In this document: one piece after another, positions 40,414 to 49,567 of the stretch
Position numbering within the stretch: the first letter of the stretch is position 1
Layout: each line of letters starts with the position of its first letter
NCBI GenBank assembly: GCA_041736175.1
Contig: JBGSUI010000056.1
Location: forward strand, 32,001-96,000
From: Oligoflexales bacterium
GTDB taxonomy: Bacteria; Bdellovibrionota_B; Oligoflexia; Oligoflexales; CAIYRB01
Length of the DNA stretch: 64,000 nucleotides
Direction: 5' to 3'
Notes under the pieces: generated by a model
Told to the model about the DNA's origin: nothing
The model's input: the letters and a program-made list of their open reading frames with translations, nothing else
Databases searched by the model: none
Translations under genes and position numbers: made by a program

Positions 40414-40757
40414 AAAAAGATAGTCAAATGTTTGTTGAAATAAGCAAAAATGATGATCTTTTGATTCCAAAGCTTTTTTTTAACACGCTTATGCGTTTTG
40501 GCTTTATCTCGAGCATTGAAAGACTAGTCGATCAAAAAATGGTAGCGGATGAATATAATGGGTGTAGCTTTCCTGGAGATTTGGATGCTGGCGAAGTTCC
40601 TTTTGAAGGAATAAAATTTCGATATATTGATGATGAAATAATTGTTGATGAAACTACGTTTCGGTCTCTTCTTAAAGAAGCATGTGAAGGATTTATAAAA
40701 CATCATCCCGCTCATGAAGAGTCTGTTAGGCAGGTGCTTAAGCGAATAGGTGGCTGA
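40410..40757 (+). CDS. CdiI-like immunity protein for the EndoU toxin
   Basis: 115 aa, acidic, no signal peptide, ATGA-coupled to the toxin; CSFP...PFEGIKF...EIIVDE..F...LKEACE.FIKHHP pattern. Confidence 0.85.
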   Translation: MKKDSQMFVEISKNDDLLIPKLFFNTLMRFGFISSIERLVDQKMVADEYNGCSFPGDLDAGEVPFEGIKFRYIDDEIIVDETTFRSLLKEACEGFIKHHPAHEESVRQVLKRIGG

Positions 40758-40870
40758 TATTTGGAGCGCTTTATTTCCTTGTCCACGAGATCCTTTGAGA
40801 GTTTTTCCATCAATTGCAATCACCTCTCCAATCCCCAAGTTACAAAGCGACTTTATCCAATTGGTAACTG
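40755..40870 (-). mobile_element. ISAs1-family (H-repeat) transposase remnant
   Basis: Minus-strand peptide NWIKSLCNLGIGEVIAIDGKTLKGSRGQGNKALQISA matches the ISAs1 IAIDGKTLRGS...ALHxVSA motif; only about 38 codons remain. Confidence 0.75.
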
Positions 40871-41145
40871 TAAGTATTAGTTATCACTAATAAAATGCAC
40901 AAATCCCTAAAGTTTTCCCTTGAAAGTACTGGGCTCTTATCCAAACCGCCCACGGTTAAGGGGGTTTCGATCTTATATTAAGAATCAACCAATACTGGTC
41001 TTTGCGTGGGCGCTTCGGATAAGACTCTCTTCAATTTCAACTGGACCCGGCACTACACTGATAAATTCAATTTTTGCTGTTGAAGACTCTTGAGAGCAGT
41101 AAATACCCAGGGTCTACTTCGAGCAAACTGGCAGTCAGTTTCATA

Positions 41146-42156
41146 TTAGACCGTCGCCATGTCCCGCAGCGCACGATCGATTGGCTCGGCGAGAGCGATA
41201 TTCTGAATGTCTTGCCGTCGCGGAATCCTAGTCGTTAGAATCCCAATGACTTTGCCGAAGGAGTCAAGGACTGGACCACCACTGTTGTTTGGGTTGATTG
41301 CAGCTCCGCTGATCTGAATAAGCCCATGCTCACCATTGTACGATGCATCGGTATTCGAAATGTGTCCGCTCGATAGCGTAGCGAAATCTCCGAGATGCTC
41401 AGGATATCCACACACTAAAATCTCGTCGTTTAGCTCGGACAAAGCTGGACGTCCGAGATCGAGGCAGTAGGCCTCTGGAAGTCCGTGTGCTTCTAGAAAG
41501 ATAATGTCGTGTTTTTTGGACATATGCTTGACAGCCACAGCGAGTGAAAATCCTGTGCGAGGATTACGAATTCTCGGATTCACTAGGTCTTTGAAAACAT
41601 GCTTGGCAGAGGCGATTTCTATTTTCCCTTCATACAAGAGAGCAAATGCTGAGCCGCATACAGAACCGGGTTTGGATTTGATCTCACCCACAACCTGGAG
41701 CGTACTTTCCTTGATGAAGTCCTGTAGGGTCCGGAAGTCCCGATGAAACAAGACTGTCAGACCATGATGGTGCGTGGCCGTCGCCATCCGGTGTGGACTT
41801 TTAATCCAAGTAATTGCTTTGAGGTCGTCAAGAACGCCGTCGTTAGGGATCTTCTCCCAATCCAGATAAAATCGTCCCTTATCGAAGAAGAGAAAGTCGT
41901 TGAGTTCCTTGTTGTCCGAGAGCTGCTTGAATGTCGCTGCGGCATCGGCAAGTGATCCGTATGCCTTGTCCCCGACCGAGAATACAATTCCTTCTGGAAC
42001 AACACTGCGGCCATCGTAGTTCGGCCATAGATCGAAATACCCGCCACCAAATGTGGGCGTGTAATTCAGACCGTAGAGGTGGTGATTTAACCGGCCATCG
42101 CGAGTAAGCATTGAGCGGTAATAGGCCTCGTCGTTGTGTCTAATGATGTTCGTCAT
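41146..42156 (-). CDS. Trypsin-like serine protease with an unknown N-terminal domain, no signal peptide
   Basis: GSAF, SAKHV (His), HDI (Asp), GYP, NPNNSGGPVLDSFGKVIGI (Ser). Confidence 0.85.
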   Translation of the reverse strand: MTNIIRHNDEAYYRSMLTRDGRLNHHLYGLNYTPTFGGGYFDLWPNYDGRSVVPEGIVFSVGDKAYGSLADAAATFKQLSDNKELNDFLFFDKGRFYLDWEKIPNDGVLDDLKAITWIKSPHRMATATHHHGLTVLFHRDFRTLQDFIKESTLQVVGEIKSKPGSVCGSAFALLYEGKIEIASAKHVFKDLVNPRIRNPRTGFSLAVAVKHMSKKHDIIFLEAHGLPEAYCLDLGRPALSELNDEILVCGYPEHLGDFATLSSGHISNTDASYNGEHGLIQISGAAINPNNSGGPVLDSFGKVIGILTTRIPRRQDIQNIALAEPIDRALRDMATV

Positions 42157-42216
42157 GCAATTTCCTTGTCCTAGTTCTGCCGACCAAACTAAGGGGCCTT
42201 GGGGGCTTCGGGGGCT

Positions 42217-43077
42217 CTAGAGCGCATCATTCATGTCAATTTCAAGTCCAGCATGCTTTAGCTCCCGAGCTAGGAGCATGGTCCAAGATCCATCACTTAG
42301 GGGCACATAGACCACGCCATTAATGTCGGATGGCAACTCAACACCTTGGGTATGAAGCGCACAAACACGATGCCTCCCAAGCTTGCCCAGAAAGTATCCG
42401 AGTTCGAGAATCACATTTTGTCTGGCCCTTGTAGTCTTGCTCGATTGCCCGACAGGAGAAGCTTCATCGTCGGGGGTAAGTAGGACGACCGCAAACCCGA
42501 CCTCCGCATGATGTTCGAACTTTTCGATCAGCGTCTTCCCAGCGTTTGGTTGCTCGTGCAGGATAATCGGCTTCAGCTTCAGCTTTTCGAGATACCTTGC
42601 GACCTTGTCTTTGGTCGCATGATCGTGGCCGTGAACCACAAATACTTCTCTGCCGCTGCCAGAGCCCGCTGGCGTCTGACGTCTAACTTGTGCCGACTGC
42701 AATCGTTCCTCGATTAGGGGAAGCCGCTCCTTGATCGACGTCAGTCGATTCATCTGTTCGGAGACTTCCTCCTTGTAGTGGTTCGCCCACCATTGCCAGC
42801 TCGCTCCCACGGGAAACGAGCCACCAACGAATTGGTTATACTCCTTCGCCATTGCCTCGTTGCTGAACAACCGCTTTAGCAGCTCGGTGTTGAAATCGTC
42901 CCAGCGGTCACGGTCGAGTTTGGTGTTTTCAAATTCAGTTTCCGTGCGAAATTGTCTGTCTCGCAGCAACTCCCCCTTCGCATTTTGATCCTGAATCTTA
43001 GCTTCGGCATCAGAACGTGTAACGAGCAGTACTGGGGGTTGAGCTGGCGCCGAGTCCGCGATTTTTTTCCTGGCCAT
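42217..43077 (-). CDS. TIR-like domain protein (Cap12/Pycsar-type TIR) with a helical N-terminal domain
   Basis: EVFVVHGHD, IILHEQ, TLIEKFE, FAVVLLTPDD, RARQNVILELGYF, LPSDINGVVY. Confidence 0.9.
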   Translation of the reverse strand: MARKKIADSAPAQPPVLLVTRSDAEAKIQDQNAKGELLRDRQFRTETEFENTKLDRDRWDDFNTELLKRLFSNEAMAKEYNQFVGGSFPVGASWQWWANHYKEEVSEQMNRLTSIKERLPLIEERLQSAQVRRQTPAGSGSGREVFVVHGHDHATKDKVARYLEKLKLKPIILHEQPNAGKTLIEKFEHHAEVGFAVVLLTPDDEASPVGQSSKTTRARQNVILELGYFLGKLGRHRVCALHTQGVELPSDINGVVYVPLSDGSWTMLLARELKHAGLEIDMNDAL

Positions 43078-43182
43078 GTGGGTTCTTCCTTATCTTTATC
43101 TTCCAAGAGGTTTGATGTTCGTCACAATTCCGGACTCAATTCGTTTACATTTTTGCTGCCTGATGCCAGGCTCGCAGCTTGA

Positions 43183-45057
43183 CTACTCCCTTTGCTGTTT
43201 TCCAGCGCGAAAGGCCGCTGCGAACTTTAACAGCATGAACATCACTGCCGTGGCTTTGACGACATCAAGGGATCGATCTTCAGCCATACCATGATATGCA
43301 AGGTTTCGGATGTTCCACCCAGCTGTCCCCTCAGTCAAATATAGTTTAAAAACATCAATCTCCCTCGACTCGAAACCAAATGACTCGAGTTCGGCGAAAA
43401 GAGATTCAAACATTGAACCATGAATGACCGCTCCAGCCTCCTTTTCCTTATCAACAGAAACGCCATTATTATCGAGCGCGCGGCGTAGGAAACCTTCAAG
43501 ATAGGATATGCCGTACATAATGCACTGAATGGAGTCGCCTGATTTAAAGCCGGCCAGGGATCGGTCAAATTGTGTCGCAAACGCATCATCCCATCCGTCT
43601 GATCCTTCGATAAAATTTCTCAACTCGATATCGTTTGCCGCTATGGACGAGAGGACAGGATATGCTGTCTCACCAAGGAAATAAGTCGCATATTGCATTC
43701 TCGTTTCTTTAGTACGAAAGTCTGGATCAGAATCTGTTCCACCGTCATCGCGGTCACCGACAATTTTTTTAACGCCGATTCGGCTCTTAAGAGGAAACGC
43801 ACCCGCCTCCTCCGCAAGCACTTCTTCTACAGCGGCATCGTCGGGGACGTAGTCAAAGCGAAAAAGCTCCCCGAGCCGCGCTTCTATGCTTGTCTGCGCG
43901 AGGACCCGGGCTGCATACTCTCTCGCTGCGCGGGCGCTGCCAGCATAACCAAAGACGGGCTTCATTGAGGCAACCATTGCCTGAGCTGAAAGCCGTTTTA
44001 GCTTTATGAGGTCTTTTCTTTCTGCGGTGGTCAAACGAGACTTCCCATCGCTCAAAAGGCGTTCGATGATGCCATCCGAAATGCCACCGGGATGCTGCTC
44101 TGCGAACCCTTCTAAAATATCCTTTGACTTGTCCCAGATATCGCTCGCGAAGTCCTTGCGGTCGATTGCTATATACAGATCTATTAGGCGATCGCGGACG
44201 GCTTCAACTGTCCACACATTGCGATTAAGTGCAGCGAGTACCCACTCCTCACGTAGCCCCGCAACGACGGCTTGCAATGACTTGTCGGCCGCTACGGCTT
44301 CTTTCCGGCGCTTTTGACACAAAAAATGGTGGAGGAGACTGGCGAGCCCACATTTCGTCATCGACCGAGAGTTGTGCTGATAGAGGACAAAACGGACGGT
44401 GCAAAGGATGTCGTCTATCGTGGGCACAAGTCCAGTATAACGTGACGCGAGGTTTGCCGCAACCTCCAATGTTGCCAGACCTAATAGTTGAGGAGTACCT
44501 TCAGCATACCTAAAAAGATGACGGGCAGCTTCGATGGCAGACTTAAACAACCTAGCGACAGCAGCTGGTCGATTCGCCTGATCACCCTCATCAAAGGAAA
44601 TGAGGTCGAGTCGAAACCTAAGGGTCGGGTGACCACAAGTTTTATATCGCTCTAAAATTGGGCGATACTCTGGGGCCAATGCAAGTGTACCCCCATAGGG
44701 TGAAACCAGTGGCCCGATTTGACTATTGGCTTTCCAGGGCCGCTGCTTGTCGTCAAATGACGACCGGAGGACTGCCGTAGCAACCTCCACCAGAAAGAGC
44801 GCGGCTCGGCGGTCTTGCGCTGGGATATTGTCTGTGGCGATCCCCAAAGCCTTCCCGTACGAAAAATCCAGCAGATCCGCGACTTCTGCTGTTTCAATAA
44901 GAGCAACAAGTCCGTCTAATGAAGTAACGATCGGGAAGGGCGCCGGTTCAAAGTTAACGGCATGGTCGTTCGCTTTGTCGAGCTTCGACTTCATCCATAC
45001 TTTTGTCACCGATCGCATCCTCCGCCTTTCGCCCCAGCAGCACCAAATTTGTTTCAT
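43183..45057 (-). CDS. DUF4209-like protein with a C-terminal HEPN-type RxxxxH motif
   Basis: YLEGFLRRAL...GWNIRNLAYHG near the C-terminus; ATGA overlap with hsdR. Confidence 0.7.
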   Translation of the reverse strand: MKQIWCCWGERRRMRSVTKVWMKSKLDKANDHAVNFEPAPFPIVTSLDGLVALIETAEVADLLDFSYGKALGIATDNIPAQDRRAALFLVEVATAVLRSSFDDKQRPWKANSQIGPLVSPYGGTLALAPEYRPILERYKTCGHPTLRFRLDLISFDEGDQANRPAAVARLFKSAIEAARHLFRYAEGTPQLLGLATLEVAANLASRYTGLVPTIDDILCTVRFVLYQHNSRSMTKCGLASLLHHFLCQKRRKEAVAADKSLQAVVAGLREEWVLAALNRNVWTVEAVRDRLIDLYIAIDRKDFASDIWDKSKDILEGFAEQHPGGISDGIIERLLSDGKSRLTTAERKDLIKLKRLSAQAMVASMKPVFGYAGSARAAREYAARVLAQTSIEARLGELFRFDYVPDDAAVEEVLAEEAGAFPLKSRIGVKKIVGDRDDGGTDSDPDFRTKETRMQYATYFLGETAYPVLSSIAANDIELRNFIEGSDGWDDAFATQFDRSLAGFKSGDSIQCIMYGISYLEGFLRRALDNNGVSVDKEKEAGAVIHGSMFESLFAELESFGFESREIDVFKLYLTEGTAGWNIRNLAYHGMAEDRSLDVVKATAVMFMLLKFAAAFRAGKQQRE

Positions 45058-48000
45058 TGCGGTGATTTAGTCACCGATCTGGTCGTTTCTGATCCAGTTG
45101 AGTCCCTGACCACCTCAGGTTCATCGGTCTCTATGGTTAGTCCAAAAACCATATCCGTCACGAATCGTTTGAACGACGGATTCTGAACGAACTGTTTGTA
45201 TACTTCTGTGTCGTCTTTCAAAACTTCTAGCATTACTTTGGCCAGGGCTTTGTCATGCTCAATCCGAGCAGTTTGCGGAGTATTTTGTTTAGCATTTTGA
45301 TAGGATTGGTCTGCGGCTACCTTAGGTGCCACATCGTCGGTAAATCTGCGAATGATGCGGTCCGCATCTTTAAAAAGAGTTCCGAACTGCTCGTTGAATC
45401 CTTTGATGATGTTGGATAGGCGGTCCAACTCAGGTTCCGCCTTGCGACCGCCACCGGCCACAGGGATTGGGGCGATTTCTCCCTCGTTATCGGCTAACGC
45501 GAGTTTCATGATCGCTTGCTTTTCCGCTCGGTAGCTGTCCATGTCAATCGTCTCGAGAATGCCCTTCGCGAGATCTTCCTCTTTTGGTGCCGGCAATTTT
45601 GGGATGAGTAAATTTAGGAGAATTGAGAGTTCTTCCCACGCCGGGTTCGTGTAGGGCAGGATTGATGCTAGGAAATCGTAGGTTCTAGTAAAGGTCTTCG
45701 CCTTGCCTTTGAAATCAACTTGGCCGTTTTCATCCAGCTTAGACTTATAAAAAGCCACACAAGCATCCAAGATTGGATCCAACTTCCTTTCCCTCGACTC
45801 GCCCTTAAGGAAAGATGCGACGAACTGCTTAATTTGTTCATCTGAATACACCTGCCAGGCGTCCAACGCTCCTTTTAGATCATGCAGTTTGTTCGGGTCA
45901 GTCTCTTCACTCAGGACCGTGGTGCGATAGTACGCTGAGAATGATTCAATGATACCGTCGGTATCGTTTTGAAAATCGAGGACAAACACTTCATGTTTGT
46001 CGGGATGAGCGCGATTGAGGCGTGACAGGGTTTGTACGGCTTTGATCCCAGAAAGGGTCTTGTCAACATACATGGTGTGCAAAAGCGGTTCGTCGTATCC
46101 TGTTTGAAATTTCTCAGCACAAACCAGAAACCTATAGGGATCATCCTTGATGCGGTCGGCGATTTCGGAACTTGGAAAGCCGTTGAGGGAAGACTCCGTG
46201 ACCTTTTTGCCTCCGAATTCATGCTCTCCGGAAAACGCGATTATTGCCTTATAGGGGCTCTTTCTCTTTTCAAGATAGGAACTCATCGCTTTGAAATAGT
46301 CATAGGCCCGCTCGACGCCGCTAGTAACGACCATGGCACGTGCTTTTCCTTTGATTTTCCCCAAAGCCATCACTTGCTCATGAAAATGATCAACCATGAT
46401 TTCGGCTTTTAGTTCGATCGCTTTATCGTGACTCTCGACATAGTAACGCAGCTTTTTTTGAGCTTTCTTGACGTCAAATTCAGGGTCGCCAGGGACAGTT
46501 TTGACGAGTTTATAATAGCTGCTTACTGGCGTGTAACTTTTGAGGACATCAAGAATAAATGCCTCTTGGATGGCCTGTTTCATCGTATAACTGTGGAATG
46601 GACGATGTCGAACCTTACCTTCACCGTCTGGCGGCAAGGGGGAGCCGAAAATTTCGAGCGTTTTGTTCTTTGGCGTTGCGGTAAAGGCGAAATAACTGGC
46701 ACTTGACAGCATCTTTCGTGCGGCCATGCGGCGTTCCAATTCCGTGTTAACTGTATCCTCTGGATCCTCTGACTCAGAAAGAGCTGCACTCATAGCAGAG
46801 GCTGTTTTCCCGCCTTGGCTTGAATGTGCTTCGTCGATAATAATCGCGAATGTCTTGCCTTTTTGGTCTGCTATTTCACCAAGGATAAACGGAAATTTTT
46901 GAACTGTGCTGATGATGATCTTTTTGCCGCTCTCGATAAACTTCCGGAGGTCGCCAGAGTTTTCGGCATGACCTACGGTTGCGCCGACCTGTACGAACTG
47001 CTTAATGGTCGCTTCGATTTGCTGGTCGAGTATTCGTCGATCGGTTACTACAATGATCGAGTCAAAGACGATTTTGCCTGATTTTTTAGCCCCGCTAAGT
47101 TGATGGGCTAACCACGCAATGGAATTTGATTTGCCGCTGCCAGCCGAGTGCTGAATTAGGTATCGCTTGCCGGCACCATTAGCGGCCACATCAGCCAGGA
47201 CACGGCGGACGACATCTAGTTGGTGGTAGCGAGGGAACACTTGTTTGAACTTCTTTTTACCGGTTCTCTCGTTCTTTTCTTCGACAACCTGGGCATAGTT
47301 CTCCAGTATATTGGTCAATCCTTGGGGGGTGAGGATCCGTTTCCAAAGGTAGTCTGTCTTGATGCCAGCAGGGTTAGGTGGATTACCGGCTCCATCGTCA
47401 TAACCTTGGTTGAATGGGAGAAACCACGACCGTTTACCCTCAAGATGGGTGCAGAACCGAACTTCGCTGTCATCGACAGCAAAGTGGACTACGCAACGTC
47501 CGAATGCGAACAGTGGTTCGCGAGGGTCACGATCACGTTTGTACTGTTCGACGGCATCTTCTACGGTTTGCTTGGTTAGGCTATTCTTCAACTCGAAAGT
47601 AGCTATAGGCAGCCCGTTTATAAAGCATCCCATGTCGAGTGCTCGCCGCGTCTCATCCCTGCTATAGGCAAACTGCCTTGTGACACTGAAACGATTCTCT
47701 GAATTAAGGGTTTCAGCACGTTGATTGCCTGGGGTTGGCGTTGCGTAAAATAGGTCAAGATGGTGTGCGCCGTGATCGATGCCTTTGCGTAAGACGTCGA
47801 TGACACCTCGTTTGCCAATTTCCTTTTCTAAACGAGCCAAAAAACTACGTCGGGTGGCGCAGTCAGCAGCCAGCCCGAAAGTTTCGACTAAATCAGGCTG
47901 CGTGGCCATAATGAAGCCCCGGAGCTGGACTAGATCGACGCAGTAGCCGCGGTCATAATGCTTCGGATCGCCAAGAATCCATCCGGTACCTCCAGACACC

Positions 48001-48110
48001 GGAGCAGAGTTCTCGGTGGCGATATACGGTGGTTGAATGAGGTGCGTATTGCCTGTCATGGTCCGCATGATGATTGATTCCAGGCCCCGTTCAGTGGTGT
48101 CAGTAGTCAT
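45054..48110 (-). CDS. hsdR: Type I restriction enzyme R subunit
   Basis: D-x-FINGLPIATFELK nuclease motif, HSAGSGKS, DEAHSSQ, FTATP, FQTGYDEP, QTLSRLNR. Confidence 0.96.
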   Translation of the reverse strand: MTTDTTERGLESIIMRTMTGNTHLIQPPYIATENSAPVSGGTGWILGDPKHYDRGYCVDLVQLRGFIMATQPDLVETFGLAADCATRRSFLARLEKEIGKRGVIDVLRKGIDHGAHHLDLFYATPTPGNQRAETLNSENRFSVTRQFAYSRDETRRALDMGCFINGLPIATFELKNSLTKQTVEDAVEQYKRDRDPREPLFAFGRCVVHFAVDDSEVRFCTHLEGKRSWFLPFNQGYDDGAGNPPNPAGIKTDYLWKRILTPQGLTNILENYAQVVEEKNERTGKKKFKQVFPRYHQLDVVRRVLADVAANGAGKRYLIQHSAGSGKSNSIAWLAHQLSGAKKSGKIVFDSIIVVTDRRILDQQIEATIKQFVQVGATVGHAENSGDLRKFIESGKKIIISTVQKFPFILGEIADQKGKTFAIIIDEAHSSQGGKTASAMSAALSESEDPEDTVNTELERRMAARKMLSSASYFAFTATPKNKTLEIFGSPLPPDGEGKVRHRPFHSYTMKQAIQEAFILDVLKSYTPVSSYYKLVKTVPGDPEFDVKKAQKKLRYYVESHDKAIELKAEIMVDHFHEQVMALGKIKGKARAMVVTSGVERAYDYFKAMSSYLEKRKSPYKAIIAFSGEHEFGGKKVTESSLNGFPSSEIADRIKDDPYRFLVCAEKFQTGYDEPLLHTMYVDKTLSGIKAVQTLSRLNRAHPDKHEVFVLDFQNDTDGIIESFSAYYRTTVLSEETDPNKLHDLKGALDAWQVYSDEQIKQFVASFLKGESRERKLDPILDACVAFYKSKLDENGQVDFKGKAKTFTRTYDFLASILPYTNPAWEELSILLNLLIPKLPAPKEEDLAKGILETIDMDSYRAEKQAIMKLALADNEGEIAPIPVAGGGRKAEPELDRLSNIIKGFNEQFGTLFKDADRIIRRFTDDVAPKVAADQSYQNAKQNTPQTARIEHDKALAKVMLEVLKDDTEVYKQFVQNPSFKRFVTDMVFGLTIETDEPEVVRDSTGSETTRSVTKSPQ

Positions 48111-49567
48111 TCTGCGGCCTCCTCTTCAAGGGGTTCTGACTCATCAATTAAGTCGGCTTCATCGACTGGCAATTCGAGCGTGGATCCCGCAGGGAGATTC
48201 TTGGCGGCCTCGCGTATATCGAGCTTCCCAGTGACCACGTCGGTGACAAGGCGTGTACGATACTCCAGCATTAGGTCGACTTCACGCTCTATGCGTTGCA
48301 AGGTCGTGTCAATTGCTGCCGTTTGATTTTTAATTGTGGTGACAATTTTACACTGCTCGTCAACTGGAGGAAGAATCATCCAAAGATTTCTGAGGACGCC
48401 TTGTCCGATATTTTGCATTGAACTACTTGCTCCGTTTGTGCTGATTTCGATTTGCGAGCGACTTGTTTTGCAACGCAGTGCGTATACAAGAAAGCGTGAA
48501 TTGAAGCAGTTTGGAAGTGCTCGAAATCGAAAAAGTTTGTCGCAGAGCATAAGATTTCTGCGAGGGTTTTCTGCTAGCGCCGCCAAACCGAGCAGCTCGC
48601 GTGTGTTGGCGCGGCTGACCAAAATGTCACCGTCACGGATTTCCAATGAAGGTTCAGGGCGTAGGAAGGATGGTAGTTTTTTGTTCTGAGCGGCATTGAA
48701 GAAGTCTTTGTTAACACATCCGACCTTCATTACACCCCATTCGCCATCTGCAGCCGGCTGGGCATCGCATTGCGGAGACCAACCTTGTTCGATTCTTGTA
48801 GTACAATGCTTCAATCTGCGAATTGGCCAATGCGCCGGAATATCCCCAAGCCAAGGTATCCCCGACGGCTTGAGTGGCACGGACGGGTCGAGACCGCGGG
48901 TCACGGCGCGGTGGATGATGGCTTGTTTTTGCTCGTTGATTAGCGCGATAACTTTGCGCTTTGCCCGGATCGCTCGCTCGATTCTGCCGTTGGACCAATC
49001 CAAAAAGCGGACTATTGCGGCTTGCTCTTCGAGTGGAGGGAATGACACAGGCTCTGATAAATAGGCTTTCCCATCGAGATTCTGTATTCCTGTGGTCTGT
49101 TTAATGGATCGTGTATTTACTCTGTAAGCGTAAAGTGTAAAGTGTAAGTAATTTACATAAAAATTGTTGTATTCTTCGCCGACCGGCATCCGCGCGACGA
49201 AATTTGAGCATACAGCAGGTTCACCTCGGTCATAGGCAACAACTGCTCCGACAGGCTGCAGATCCCCGCCGCCTGATTTCTCAATAAGCAAATCACCTCT
49301 TTTAAGCATTCTTCGTGATCGCGCTGAAATCGGGATAGCGCGCAGCGTCTTTTTTTTGAGGCTTACCCGTAGATTGACTCGATCAAAATCTGCAACGCGT
49401 ATGCAGACCAGATCGTCTGTACCATTTGGATCTGCTCCCCATATGCCATTAACACATTCCAAAACTGACGATCGCAATCTTCGTATCACCCAGTGATTTG
49501 GCACCATCCCGAGCCAATGTTGCCCCGAGTCCTTATATTTTCCGTAAGGCTTGAGATCTTCAATCAT
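48107..49567 (-). CDS. hsdS: Type I RM specificity subunit (two TRDs)
   Basis: Repeated conserved blocks DSGQHWLGMVPNHW / PSGIPWLGDIPAHW and PPLEEQ / PPVDEQ; VTGKLD. Confidence 0.95.
   Translation of the reverse strand: MIEDLKPYGKYKDSGQHWLGMVPNHWVIRRLRSSVLECVNGIWGADPNGTDDLVCIRVADFDRVNLRVSLKKKTLRAIPISARSRRMLKRGDLLIEKSGGGDLQPVGAVVAYDRGEPAVCSNFVARMPVGEEYNNFYVNYLHFTLYAYRVNTRSIKQTTGIQNLDGKAYLSEPVSFPPLEEQAAIVRFLDWSNGRIERAIRAKRKVIALINEQKQAIIHRAVTRGLDPSVPLKPSGIPWLGDIPAHWPIRRLKHCTTRIEQGWSPQCDAQPAADGEWGVMKVGCVNKDFFNAAQNKKLPSFLRPEPSLEIRDGDILVSRANTRELLGLAALAENPRRNLMLCDKLFRFRALPNCFNSRFLVYALRCKTSRSQIEISTNGASSSMQNIGQGVLRNLWMILPPVDEQCKIVTTIKNQTAAIDTTLQRIEREVDLMLEYRTRLVTDVVTGKLDIREAAKNLPAGSTLELPVDEADLIDESEPLEEEAAE

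Noticed and set aside
38281..40757. Calling the toxin locus a canonical CDI (cdiBAI) system
   Set aside because: No CdiB transporter, TPS domain, haemagglutinin repeats or VENN motif, and the protein is only 710 aa; only the tip and immunity are CDI-like.
40524..40838. 104-aa minus-strand ORF overlapping the immunity gene
   Set aside because: Only its first roughly 28 codons are ISAs1-derived; the rest is antisense read-through, not a real gene.
42160..42220. G-rich spacer between TIR and protease as an integron attC site
   Set aside because: No RYYYAAC/GTTRRRY boxes or extended palindrome, and no integron integrase in the window.
22353..43077. Adenylate cyclase plus TIR as a Pycsar system
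   Set aside because: They are about 18 kb apart, the cyclase is a receiver-regulated ATP-specific type tied to che genes, and the TIR has no cNMP-binding domain.
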